Of a DNA stretch of 64,000 nucleotides, positions 37,641 through 51,400 are shown in pieces; within the stretch, counting starts at the first letter, position 1, and every line of letters starts with the position of its first letter. A program made the position numbers and the translations under genes. Source of the DNA: the human T2T-CHM13v2.0 reference genome, Homo sapiens. The notes beneath the pieces were generated by a model. The model did no database searches. It worked only from the letters and a program-made list of their open reading frames with translations, and was not told where the DNA came from. The stretch lies in the NCBI RefSeq assembly GCF_009914755.1, contig NC_060933.1; one strand, given 5' to 3'.

Positions 37641-40246
37641 CAGGAGGCAGACTTACCCATTACAACCTCTCCCACCATGGGGTCCTGTAGCTTGCTCACC
37701 CTAACAGTGGAGAATTCATTATCTCCACTGAAAACTGGTTCCACTTGTGGTTGACCTTGACCAAGAGAATGTACTGATTTATATCTTCTTTATTGGATGT
37801 ACCATGTATTGATTCAAATTCCATATTCTGGGGAAGCCACATGGAGCAAACTTTATGAAAATTCTCCAAGTCTCTGAAGGCATCTATCTTTTTGTCCCTT
37901 TCAAGGAATGACTGTCCTCGTCAGCTGCCTCTACTATTCTCTGCCTGGGTTTTAGAAGCAACAACAATGAGAAACAATAATTAACAATAACTTCCATTTA
38001 AATGGAGTGCTTCTACATTCATCATCATGACATTTGATTTCCACAAAACCTTGTGAATCCAACAGAACAGGAAATTTTAGCATCAACTTACAAATCACAA
38101 AAAGAACATTCAAAGATGTAATTTACCTGAGATAGGGCAGATAATAATTGGCAGAATCGAGTCCTGAATCAAGTCTTCCAACTCTTACTTCTATCTTCTT
38201 TTCATGGTAGAGTGAGCATGGAGCACAGATGGAAGATAAGCTCATAGGTTTTGGCATTAGATTGATTGTCTAAGTTTAAATTCTGACTCTGATATTTGCT
38301 GTGTGACCTTAGGAAAAGCACTTAACTTCTCTGAACTTTGGTTTCTTAATCTGAGAACAAGAGTATCTACCTCATGCAGTTGGATGAGGATTAAATGAAC
38401 TAGTAGATTAAAAGTATGAAGCACAGTGTCTCACCTATATTAATAATCAATAAATGTTCACTATTATCAACAGCTTCAATCATCTTGGTCAAAAGCCACA
38501 GTAGCAAAAGAAAAGTTGCTGCAGATTTGCTATAAGGTGGCTTAGCTTAGAATAGTAACTCTGCTGCAGTATCATGAATAAAATGTTTAATCAATGACTT
38601 AGTTCTTCATCTGTAAAATGGAAATAATCATATCTAGCTCACAAAGTTGCTGAAAAAATAAGTAACAAGAGAAATTGCCTAGCCCCAAGAATTACATATT
38701 CAATAAATGTTACCTTCCTTTCTCTCTGCTTTAACACTATTTCCCCTAGCAAGACTTCTCTGATGCCCTAGACTGGGTTAGGTACTCTTCCTCTCTTTGC
38801 TCTTAGCACTTTGCACTTACCTGGAGCAGAATGTAGATCATGCTACAATTAATGTATCTACTCATCTGTCTCCACTTTGAGACTGGAGCTGCTCCATGTG
38901 CCTGTTAACTATTCTAAGCACTTTGAAAATAACAACCCAGTTAATCCTCATATGAACTCTGTGAAGGAGTTCATGATCATCCCCCTTCATACCAATTAAA
39001 AAATAAGGCAAGGAGAGATTAAATCACGTGTCTCAGGTTGCATGTCTGGCATACAGGGGGTGTTCACTTATTCCTTCTTGTTGGATCATTCCAGATGCCA
39101 TCGCCTTAAAGGGGACTCTTGTGGCTCTTTTCTCCAAATAACTCACTTATTCACCATAATATCCACATTGACATTTTCTCCATCATAGCTGATTCACTGA
39201 TTGATTGGTGGACAGACATCTCTCACCAAAATAAAAGCTTTAAGAGGAAAGATATTTTACCTGTCTTGTTCATTGTTGTGGTACCCAGCTGTTAGGATAG
39301 GCCCTGACACATAGGAGGTGTTCAATGAGTATTTGCTGAGTAAATGAACACATGCATGCATTTCTTAATTGCTTCACTTATACTGTAACTTAAAAACAAT
39401 GGCCTATGTCAAAGCGTATGTCTATACATTCTTGTGAAAGTTTGTAGCATTTTAAATTGGAGATGGGTTAGGGATGAGGAAGACTGTAGAGACAGGTAAA
39501 GAGTACTCCCTTCTGCTCTGCACTGTCTCCTGGACTCTAAATAGCATCACTTGTCTCCCAGCAGCTGGCCAGCAGGTGGGGAGAGACCCTCCGCTCAGAA
39601 GGCAGGAGGAGTTTCTGCTCAAGGTGACAGGAGCAAAGCAGGAGGAAGCTGCACAGGGAAGAGATATACTGCAGTCATGGCATTAAACCTGAGGTTTGCG
39701 ATGCCCACTAAGATTCACTGGGAAAAAATAATACTGAAAAAAGTGTAATGTCTAGTATTTATCACCTCAGTCTACTGGTAGTTCATTCTCCCTGACATCT
39801 ATGGAGATTCTTAGGAACTAATATATTGTCTAACACCTACCCTGCCACCAATGCACTATGTACTTTTTTTTTGGTTAGCTTTCATTCTCATCTGTTATTC
39901 TCTAATTAATTTTTGTTGCTTTAGGTCTTATGTAACCCATTAGCATGGCATTCAAGTTCCCAAACAACCTTTCTGATCTGCTTTCTTGTTTTTGTTCCTA
40001 TAACCCATGCTCTCATCAAAATAAATGTCCTTACTGTTCTCTGTACACATTCCAATTTCCCTGTTACCTCAGTCTAAATTATTTCCCTCTGAATAGCACT
40101 CTGCGTGCACATACAGCAGCCATCCTTCAGGGGCATTTTTGATTCTCATCATACTCTGTATATGTAATAGTTTTTTCCCCTTATATGTGATTATTCATCA
40201 CATAACTTATTTATTACATTTAATAATTTCTATCACATATGATACT

Positions 40247-40705
40247 GTAGTCAAGGCTGTGATGAGGATAACTATGATTAAGAAGACTGAAAATGGTCCC
40301 TGCACTCATGAAGCTTACAGAAAATATTCACTCTCTCTCCTGTCACTTCCCCAGAGCCCACTGATGTTGATCTTGGCCATGCGACATGAATCGGCTGGTG
40401 AGATACTGGCAGTCATGATGTGAACCGAGGCTTGCATAGTGGGGCTTCCTCTTTGTGTTTTTGCATTGCCGTGAGAGGAACATGCTCTGCCTTGCTTGCT
40501 GGTCCGAGTAGGGTAACAGACATAAGAGCAGACCTGGACCTAACCTGAAGTTTGAAGACAAGCCTCGCCAAGACAGTGTAAATCAGCAGATCCCCCCAGC
40601 CTGCTTTCAGATGTTTGAATGAGAATAAAGGATTGCCACTTTAATCCACTGTTTCAAGGTGGCTTTATCACACAGCATTATTGTGGTAACAAATAGCTGG
40701 TGCAA
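40247..40705. mobile_element. MLT1 (MLT1I-like) LTR
   Basis: tgtagtcaaggctgtg...aaatattc start; gagaataaa...cacagcattattgtggtaacaaatagctggtgca end. Confidence 0.7.
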
Positions 40706-42659
40706 AGTCTTCACTTCCATCCTATACTCTGAATTTCTTGAAACTAGAGACCATCTGATTCTTTTTTTTTTAACTCATGCAAAGTTCCAAGGCACAATCC
40801 TAATGCATATTTATTGAACAAATGAACAAATGAATAAATGAATGATTAAAGAGCTCTAGAGTGAGAGAGAGACTCAAGATCTAGGAGACTAATGTACTTG
40901 TAAGTTCAACAAGAATTTATCTAATACTTATTTTGTGTCAGGTATTGTGCTATAGGAAGGGTACTTAGTAGTAAACAAACAGGACTTGGCTTCTAGTTGC
41001 CACTTAGTGGTACAGGAAATCTTGAGACCTGGAGATTCATAATGCAGTCAATTTGCAAATTCTGATTATCCTTGAATTGCATGCAAGGGCACCACAATAA
41101 TCAGAGAAGTGATAATGGATAGAAAAGAGCAGAAAGATCCCTCTGTCACTGCTGATTCCCATTATCTCAGGTTAAGAGCAAATTCTAGACAGATGGGAGG
41201 CATTTGCATCCTTTTGAAGAAAATGAGTTAGTAAAAGCTGGCCCATGGGATAAAATAAAAATCTCTGGGGAAAGGTATTGGTTGGTCATTTTCTGATTGC
41301 TGAATGACACCTCTGTCACTTTCTACTATTATCGACAGGCTATCAGCATGCTGAGTCTAAATGTCGTTACCATCTGTGAATCAAAAACCTGGATCCATGA
41401 CGACCAATCTGACAGTGTGGTCTCAGTGAACACCAGGGACTCTGTCTGAACCTTGATAAAAATTACTATGTGTCTCTTTCCTGAGAGCTTTTCCTGATTG
41501 TTAAGCATTACTGTCACACTCTCCTGCCTACCCTACCCACTCACTCCAAAGGTGTTGTCAAGGTAGCTTGTGGCAGATGCCTTCCATTTTCCAACAGAAG
41601 AAGCTCTAGGAACCACAGGCATATTGCTGAAATTCTTAAATAATGGAAGGCATCAACAGAGCCAAGAATTAAGTCCAACTTCCCTTGCCCTGGACACTAG
41701 CCACTGGGGAGCAAAATTCATCCAACATGTGCTTTGATGTCACCCAAAATATTTTTTTTCTGTTTGTGTCTATCTTTTGAAAGAGGAAGTGGCTAGGACA
41801 GATGGACTATTAGAGAGAAAAGGCAACTTTTGCAGGGCTCAAAGGATGGCACTCCAGAAGAAATGCATGGCTGTCTCCACAACTAGCACCTTTCAGCTTG
41901 AAAGAATAAGTTGGGCCATTTTACCTTCTTCCATATATGAGCAAATCCTAATGAGGACTGCAGCCATAAAGAAATAAACTTTTAGCTTAGGTAGACAAAC
42001 ATTGACAGAGATCTATTTTCAAATCACTATGCAACTTAAATGTGATAATGTACCTGCAGCATTTAGTATACAATTTGGCCTATGGCAACAATAATAATAA
42101 TAATAATGATAATAATACCATTTATTGAGTACCTGCAATATACCAAGCAGTATGCTAAATGCTGTCGAAGTACCATCTCAGTTAGCTCCTTCAACAACTT
42201 TAAGAGCTGGGAACTTTAAGTATCTTCATTTTACATATGAAGAAGCTAAAGCTCAGAAAGACAAAATTCCTTATCCAGAGTCACATAGCTAGTGATGGGG
42301 CCAGGATTTAATCTCATGCTGTCCCACTCCAGAGCTCCTGGTTACAGACACTACTCCACATTTTCTCTCATAATTGAGAAGAAACAAACATTATTATCAT
42401 CGTCATCATTTTCAATCATAATCATAATTAACAAGTGTCATAACAAGAAAAGTCACTGAATGAGGGTAGTTTTCTAGAATATTATAACTAAAAGAAACTG
42501 TTGATTGAAATGAAGATGCAAATTTAAGTGTGATCTTTGGGGCAAAATTGTTGGAGATGTGTGAAAAGGAACGGAAAGTTCTTTTACAGTGCAAAATACT
42601 TGGCTTTGACTTCACGCAGTAGCCTAGGCAAGGTACTCCCAAGTCAATTGAAAAATGGA

Positions 42660-43152
42660 ATGCAGTAGATTATGTTATAGCCCCGATTCTTCACCTCTCC
42701 CCTGTCTGCAAACTCTGCCCTGTGATTTTGCAGTTTCTCTTACTAAAGAGGCACAGTCTATTCCCCCACCCTTTAAATCAGAGCTTGACCATGTGACTTG
42801 TTTTGACCAATAGAATGAGGTAAAATCCATCGTGGGCCAGTTTTGAGCCTTGTGTGTTTCTGCTTACTATTTTATGCTTCTGCACTCACCAGGTGCAAAT
42901 GCTTGGGCCAGTCTACCCGCCCCAGAAGGAGGATGAGAAATACATGCAACAGAGATTTCCCAGGAAGGGGGCCTCAGCTAAGCCCAGCCTAGAACTGAAT
43001 CCCAGCTGACTTGCAGACCCATTGATGAGCCCAACCCTGATCAACAGACCCCCAACCAACCCACTGACAAGTAAACTATGATTATAAATAATCATTGTGT
43101 TAAGCCTATGCACTCTGGGGTAATTTGTAATGCAGTAACAGGTAACTGGCAC
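42660..43152. mobile_element. MLT1 (H/G-like) LTR
   Basis: ccatgtgacttgttttgaccaatagaatg...gtaatgcagtaacaggtaactggcaca. Confidence 0.75.
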
Positions 43153-44269
43153 AGAGAATAATCATACATATTCATGCCCAATGCGTGGCATATAGTAGCT
43201 GTTGGAAAAAAAGAATAGTCCCCTTTCATACCTTTTCAACCAATCAGAAAAGTCCCAGCTCATCCCAGTGAAAGTTGCAAAATTATGTTAAGATCATTAG
43301 TCACAAAGATGGAGGAAGCAAGTTCAGGAATACCATTTATCAATGCTTCTACTTTGGCTCCTTGCTGAGAGGAGAGAAGCAAAGCAACGGCTGGAACATG
43401 GACCTCCTGCACTGGGGGCATGCAGCTCCACCATCGACACGCAGGTGGCCTGACAGCCTCAGAGCAGGTTTTCCTGGAATAATTATTCCCATTGCCATGA
43501 TTGGTTATTTCTATGTCAAAGTCACTTCCCCTTTTCACTCCTGATTTTTCATTTTTGTAAAAATGACAGTGCTTGATTTTAGCTCTTGGAAGAGGATAGG
43601 GAATTTGGGGAGGTGTAGAGACATGGAGCAGAAAGTTGAGGAAGGGAACAAAATTAGTCATCAAAATGGGCTTTACAAATATAAAGTGCTAATGAAATTT
43701 GAAATAACAACAATAATTATGCTTCCAAGGCCGAAGCCTCACATTTCTCACCATGAATATTCATTCCCTGTTATCTTTCTAAGGAATGAAAATTGAGTGA
43801 AATAGCAACATGCATGTAGGGTGTTGTTGTTGTGTGTGTTTTCTCTTCTTCTATTTTTACCTGGACCAAGGCCAGCCCCTGGCTTGAGACTGTATTTCAG
43901 TATTTTTGTAGCTATGATTTGTTTCACTGGGTGTCCATGTGCAGACATCTTAAGTGGAAGATGCTTCAAAAGTCAATAAAATGTAAGTTAAAAAGAAGTG
44001 TGTGGGTGGGGGAGCTGAAACAACTCTTTGTAGCTGCTAAATGGTCACAGGTGGAATATCACTTTGACTTAGAGCTTGGCAGCCAGAAATCTGGACGAGG
44101 GGATCCAATGCATCTTTTAACAACTGGCATGGAAGATTAGGAGGCTATTGCTAAGTTATCAATAGACGGTGCAGTTTGCTGCTGGAAGTGGTCTTCAATT
44201 GACTTCTAAGTGCAGAAGTTACATTTGTACAACAACAGTCAGTATAACCAACTGTAAATGTATATACAA

Positions 44270-44726
44270 TGGATTAGTCTGTTCAGGTTGTCATAACAAA
44301 ATCCCACAAGCTGGGTGGTTTAAACAACAGAATTTTATTCTCTCACAGTCCTGGAGGCTCGAGGTCCAAGATCAAGGTGCCATCTGGGTTAGTGTCTAGT
44401 GAGGGCTCTCTCCCTGGTTTGTAGGTGGCACTTTGTGTCTTCACATAGCCTTTCCTTGGCACATGTGCTCAAAAAGGGGGGGAGAGAAAGGGAGAGGGGG
44501 GAGAGAGAAAAGGAGGGAAGTGAAGAGAGAGTGAACAAGAGAGAGAAAATGAGAGAAAGAGAGATAAGAGAAAGATATCTTCTACTTATAAGGTCACCAG
44601 CCCCATCAGATTAGGGTCCCATTCTCATGACCTTATTGACTTTTACCTTCTAAAAGCCCTATCTCCAAATACAGTCAATAAGCTTCAACATACAAATTTT
44701 GAGGAGGCATAATTCAGTTAATAGCA
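44270..44726 (-). mobile_element. MLT1A-like solo LTR with internal GA-rich expansion
   Basis: TG...CA ends with perfect 5-bp TSD tacaa (44265-44269, 44727-44731). Confidence 0.88.
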
Positions 44727-46034
44727 TACAATATAGTCAACTGTCTCTGCCAGCTCTTGTGAAGGCGGCATGGTTCCCGTTGTCACCAAGAAGAAAATAA
44801 AAGGCTCATATAATCCATCTATGATGCAATAACTGGCCTATATTTCATGGCTTGGAGTCACAATGTCACCATTGAGAACACCACTCCTGAGGGGGTTGCA
44901 GGAATTGGGGGAGGAGTGGAAGAGTGGCAAAAGAATCACATCCTTCAGCAAGTCCATGGGAACAACTAGGGCTAGGGGCTGTGAGCCAGGGGGTTGGCTC
45001 CCTTTCACAGGTCTCTGAAAAGTAGGAAGCTTTGCCTAAGTCAGTGATCAGGCAGACAGCTTTGGAGACAGGGGAGGGACCTTGGGGAATTGCTGAATGC
45101 TGGTGTGTTCCGGGAGGAAGAGGCACCTAGGTCAGTGGGCTAATGGAGTGCGGGGGAGAGAAAACATAATAGTATGACATATGTTGACATATTAAGACTT
45201 CCTAAAATACAGCTCTGATAATGTCATCCACAACTTTGCTCACAAACTGTCAGCAGCTTTTTGGTACCTTTATAATAATGGCATTAACATGCATTAACAT
45301 GGCATTCATGGCTCGGCTTGCTATGGTTTCAACTAACTCTTGCAGTTTTAAGGGGATGACAGTCATATCTAACATTTAGAGAATGCTTATTTGGGACAGC
45401 CACTCTCATGAGCCCTCCACACATAAAAACTCATTTAATTCTGGTAACAAGCCAAGAAGGTAGGAGTTGTGATCTTCATTTTAAAGGTGAGAAGAATGGA
45501 GCTCATGGAAGTTCATGACTCAGCCGAGGTCACATAGATAGTAAACACTGGATCTGGGATTCAAACCCAAACAGTCTAACTCCAGAGCAATAATCATAAA
45601 TATTACATGATATGCTTTTTCATGCACTTTATATGACAGAATCCCTGGCCTGCTCCCAAACATGTTCCATATTTTCTGTTCCTGTAGTGTTCGACCTCAT
45701 CCCAACCTTATCCCAGTCTCTGCAGATTCCAATACTCATCAATATTCAAGGCGAAATTCAAGGGCAGTTCCTCCATGAAAATGATCTTTTTTCCTTCCAC
45801 TGTAAGTGGTATCTCTTGATTCAGATCCCACTAAGAGCTTTATCTTTTCTTCTTTTGTGGTGACTGCCATTTGGGGACTGAAAAGAAAATTGATATGGCT
45901 GGAGTTCAGTGTGTCAAATGACCATCAGATATGGCAGCACTGCTGTTCTTCTGCAGGCTATGAGTGCTATGCAGGCATGAGACCCATGTCAGCATGCCCC
46001 ACAATCCCTAGAACAGTGCTCTGCACTTAGGAGT

Positions 46035-46500
46035 TGTATCTACTGGAATTAGATTTGATTGCAAATAACAAAGAACCAAAATCAGTGAATTGAATAAGAC
46101 AGAAATCTACTTATCTTTCAAATAAAACAAGTCTACAGATAGAGTAGAATTGTTCTAACAATTCCATGGTCTTCAGGGATCCAGGTGGCTTTCATACTTC
46201 TGCTTCTTAGGCCCCAGCGTGTGGGTCTGGTCTTCATGGTCCAAAATGACTGAGTTCCAGCCATCACATGCATGATCTAAGGAGGAGGATGGAGTAAAAG
46301 ACTTCATGGAAGTGAAACACAACATTTCTGTTTACATCTCATGAATCAGATTTACACAGTTATTCTTAATGACACAGGAGCTGGATTGTCTTTTGGCCAC
46401 TTAGTATGGCCTTCCAGGTTAAAATGAGAATTATGTTACTTAAAAAGAAGGGATAAGTATGACCTACTATGATACAAGGCAACTAGTAATCTCAGCAGAG
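46035..46500. mobile_element. Old MLT1 (K/L-like) LTR
   Basis: gattgcaaataacaaagaacc...gagttccagccatcacatgc. Confidence 0.55.
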
Positions 46501-46864
46501 TAGGTCCTAAGGAAATATTTACTTCAACAACTATTTCTTGAAACCTACTTTGTGTCAGTCCCCATGTGAAACACTAAGGATACAGAATTCAACAAGAAAG
46601 CCAAGGTCCCTGTTTGTTAAAAGTTTATATTTTATTTGGGAAGTTGAACAATAAAAAGATTACTTACCAAAAATGTATGATAAAGGGTAAAATAGGGTGA
46701 GTACAGGTTGCTGTAGGAGCCCTTAATCTATGAGATCTTGACAGATTGCCTAGTGGAATAAATGAATGACTTGAACACAGGATCAAATAAACCCTTCTTT
46801 CATTCTATTCTGGTAGGCATAGATGAGCAAGGGAAGACACACAGGAGCTGACGTCTGTTGTTGT

Positions 46865-47258
46865 TGTAGTTGCTGTTGTTTGAATGTTCCCTACAACACT
46901 CACGTTAAAATTTAATTGCCATTGTGACAGTATTAAGAAGTGGGATCTTTAGAGGTGATAGGTTATGAGGGCTCTACCCTCATGAATGGATTAATGCTTT
47001 ATTTTTAGAATGGGTTATAGAAGCGGACTCCTGATAAGAGAGTAAGTTCTGCCCTTATCTTTCTCTATCTCTTGTACTCACTTGCTTTCTTCTTTCCACC
47101 ATGGGAGAATGCAACAAGGTCTTCACCAGATGGCCGAACAGATCCAAGTGTCATGACCTTGGACTGTCCATCCTCCAGAACCATAAGCCAAATAAATTTC
47201 TTTTCTTCATAAATTTCCCAGTCTGTGGTATCTATTATAGCAGCAGACAATTGACTAA
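46865..47258 (+). mobile_element. MST/MLT1A-type LTR
   Basis: gtttgaatgttccc...aatttaattgccattgtgacagtattaaga...aataaatttcttttcttcataaatttcccagtctgtggta. Confidence 0.85.
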
Positions 47259-48205
47259 GCCGGAAGTTTTGGATGAAAGAATGTATTCAGATCTACCATA
47301 TTCTGAATATGGCTGGACTATTTGTTGTATTTTGGACAAATAACTTGATGCCTCCCAAACTTTGTTTTTGTAAAATTAAATTATATTGACTCTTCCACAG
47401 GGTTCTGGGGGGATCTGATATAGTATACAGTAGGTTCTCAACAAATATTAGCTTTTTCATTCAAAGCCAAAGAGATCCAGCCATTACCATACAGTGTACC
47501 CCCTTTCTATTTTGCTTCTGCCCTTCAACACCAAACCCAGCTTGAAATGAAGCTGAGATTAATTTTTTTTCTTAAGTTGACATAAAGGGGTCTGTCCCTT
47601 AATTACTAGTCATTGCCCTTCACACACACACAAATGGTAACCCGCTCAGCCCATCACAGCTTGCCCTTTGAAATACTGAACTAGACATTGAACAGAAAGT
47701 ATCTGCCAAAAGGCTTCTTTTCTTCACGAGATAAAAGCAACTTGAAATGCATGTAAGTCCCTTGCCCTTGTTAATTAATCAGGATTCGCATTAAAAGCTT
47801 AAATGTCTTTGAAGAAGAAAGCTCAGGGAGCTGGAACCTTTTTTTTCTGCTTGGTAGAGGGGAGATGGGTGGACAGGGCAGCCCAAAGAGGTATGTTTGG
47901 GGGTGGGGGGAATAGAGGACCAGGACCGATTAACAGGCAAGGAGGAGACAGGTTCCAAAGTAAGAGACCACCATGTTCTTGCAGGTTCCACCCTTCATTA
48001 AATAAAAATGCAGGGTTCTGAACTACCAGTGTTTCTGACACAGTTTTCTTACTAATATTCATTCATTCAGTAGGAGCTTATAGTAAAAACTTCTATTCAT
48101 TCATGCAACACATGATCAGTAGCCTTCCACTAAATGCCAGGTTGTGATACAGTGGTATTCACTACTTATTCAAGACACAGTCCTTACCTTCTCAATGATC
48201 TGGCA

Positions 48206-48419
48206 CAGTCACTCTCAAATGGATGTGACTGCCCCCCCAGGAGACATTTAGCAACGTCTGCAGACATTCTTGGCTGTCATAACTGGGGAAGGTGCTACTG
48301 GCATCTAGCGGGTAGAGGCCAGGGATGCTGCTAAACAACCTACCATGTACAAGACAGCCCCCGCCACAAAGAATGATTTGGTCCAAAATGTCAATCATAC
48401 CAAGGCTGAGATACCCTCA
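48206..48419. mobile_element. MER20 hAT-Charlie element inside L2
   Basis: ggtgctactggcatctagcgggtagaggccagggatgctgctaaaca. Confidence 0.9.
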
Positions 48420-51400
48420 GCAGGAGAGATAAACATTTCAACAAGTAATTTCAGTAAAGCATAATAAGTGCCATATTGTAGCAGTAGCAACTAAGTGAGT
48501 ATTGGGGAAAGCCTTCCTGTGAAGTGATATGTAACCTGAGACCTCCAAGATGAGCCACAGTGAAGGGCTGAGTCTGGCTGGGTGGGGCTGGGTGGGGCAA
48601 GCAGAAAGAATGGCATGTGAGGGAGCTCAAAGGCAGGAAGGAGCAAGAAGCCTTGAGAAGTTGAGTGCTTCCTGTAAGTGGAAGGGGAAGTGAGGAGGGC
48701 AAAGGGCTTCTGCCTTTGGTGAGGCTGGCAGGCTAATGGGGCTGGAACATGAGGGACTTGTGGCCTGTATTTTGGAATAGGGTTTTGTCCTAAAATGTAC
48801 TGCAGAGTCACTGAAGGATTTTAAACCAGAAAGTGACATGATAGAAATTTGTTATAGGAAAATACAAATGTATTGTTAGGCACTATTCTAGGTACTTGGG
48901 AGGAAATACAAAGATCATCTGTTCCTTGGCAGTCTGATAAGAAAAATAATATGTGCCCTCAAATTGGATCATTGTGATGCAAATTACATGTTAAAAAAAA
49001 AAACATTGAGACAGATCAGTTTCCATTTATAAGGCAAGAGGAAATTAGTCCGTTTGGGGATCAAAAGGAACTGGGATCTTGGTGTTGACCAAACTGGGGA
49101 GGTGATTAAGAGGCTGTACAGGAGGGAGTTACAGAGCCCAACATTAAGTATGAAGGTACCAAATATAAGGTGAAGCTGGAAGTAGAGAAATAGGTAAAGA
49201 AGTTGGCTTTTGCTTAGTACTTAGCTTTGTCCAAACCGAGTGTCTTTCCATTTCTTAAATGTAACAGGTTCTCCTTTGTTGCCTAGATGTATTACTTGGA
49301 ACATTCTGCCTTTCTAAACAGACTTTCACCTAATTAACACCTTCTCAGCCCATAGATCTCATATATCTCATACTGGACCCTTTTTGAAAATTTCCCTATA
49401 AATTCCTTAGTTTGAAGATTGAAATTGTTTAATTGTTTATAGCCTCATTAGGTTCTTATCTTCAAGAGAGCAAAAGACATGAATTATTGTCCATTACCGT
49501 ACCCCATAATTTAGCACACTCCTAGCAAATAGCAAGTGCTTGGTAACTATGTATTGACTTGGCTGGAAGTTGCAAGGCAGGAGAATACAAATAGGGTGAA
49601 ATCTAATCTGAGGAATGACTCAGGGTCAGGCCAGAATTTCAGAACTGAGGCTGCAGACTCTAAGAGAGCTGGAATCCTATTTATTGGGTGCCAGCTGAAT
49701 GCTGTTGGGGTTGGCATGGGTACGGAAAGTTCAAGGCCACATCGACAGAGTGAAACAAGTACACAGATTCAGAAGAAATTAATTCCTTCAGGAGGAGAAA
49801 GAAGCCCCAGAAAGCTATGTGAAGAAAGTGGCATTTGACTTGGCTTAATGGACAGACAGGCTTTGGTGTTGCTATTACGTGGCTCTGTTCTCCTTACCTT
49901 GGCATGTGTTGATGTGGCAAATTTCTCTCTCCACACCACCATCTGTCAGAGCACAGGTGTGGCAGAATATCACCTGGGTTATACTCTGGGAGTTATACTC
50001 TGTGGGTTACCCCCACAGGGGACACCTATTGTGTGCTGTTATGGGCTGGGATCTCCAGGCACAAGCATTCAAAGCACAAAACACCTACAGCATATTCAAA
50101 ACAGAGTACATTATGTATTCATGATCATGAATAGTGTATGTGTGTGTGGATCCATAAAAACTTGCATTTTGTTCAGGGGCTTAAAGAACTTCCAGAATGA
50201 AATCTCATTTCTTCTGCATAGCAATAATATGAGACAGGTGAGAAAGACATTGTTACACTTACATGACAGGTGAGAAAGCAGTGGCATAGAGAGGCTAAGC
50301 ACCTTATCAAAGGTCACACAGCTATTGTTATGCAACCAGCGATGGAGCTCAGGCCTTTGGTTGCTAATCAATCTAGCCCTTTCTGCCCAGTGTAGATGAA
50401 CTCTCTAGATTGTGAGAAAATATGTTTGAATGTGTACTGAGAAGCAACTGCCATTAGCTCAACCTACTGTGGAATATTTACTGGGGTCTTACATTATGAC
50501 CACTTGACACATGAATCATTTTCACTTCAGAATTTTTATGTGTTTGACCTAATGAATTAATTTCTTCAATATAAAATTGAGATTCTTGTATTTTAGTAAC
50601 ATGTCAGTGTCAATTTTATGAATAAACAAATAATCATTAATAACATAAACTTATATTCATCTAAATTTAAAAAGTTAGTTACATACTTGGCTTACCTTGA
50701 AATCAACTGAAATCAGTCACTAAGGAACAAAATTCTCCAGAGAAACTGTTTCTTCCTTGAATCTGAATGCTAGGGCATATAATCATAAGGCTAATGTTGA
50801 AGTAACTTGGTTAATGGCAACACATATACACATATCTAGCTCTAACTACTTATACAGCTGCTCAAAATCCTTATAAAGCCTTTCAACTCAAACTTGGTGC
50901 AAATGCAAACACACTTGCATTCTCCATGTTCCCCTGCCTCCAGTCTTTTTTATTTTTCCTTTTTCATCTTGTCTTCCACCGATTTCTCTCTAAGATGGTT
51001 TCTTCTCTGTGATAGTTTCTATGATAAAACTAATGATAAGGCAGGCTCATTAATTCTGAAAAAGAAAGAAGTATAGCTATGTTGAATTAGGTGCAAATTC
51101 ATTTATGTGGTCTGAAGTCTTTCAGCATCGAATGTTTTCAAGCATTTGTAAAAAGAAGTGTTCTTTTATGACGTTCACGTTGTCTTTACCTTCCACTCTT
51201 GCTGCTTTATGCCCACACTCACATACACACATGCTTGCAGAGACAGACGCTGTTCCTACGCAACTTTGCCCAAACAGTGTTCTCCCACAGATAAATCACT
51301 TCCTTCCCAAGGAAGCAAATACCTTTGCCACATGGCTGGAGTGGGCGGGGGACTCTTCCTCCTGAAATACTCACCCTGACTGTCAATCATTTAGCACTGA

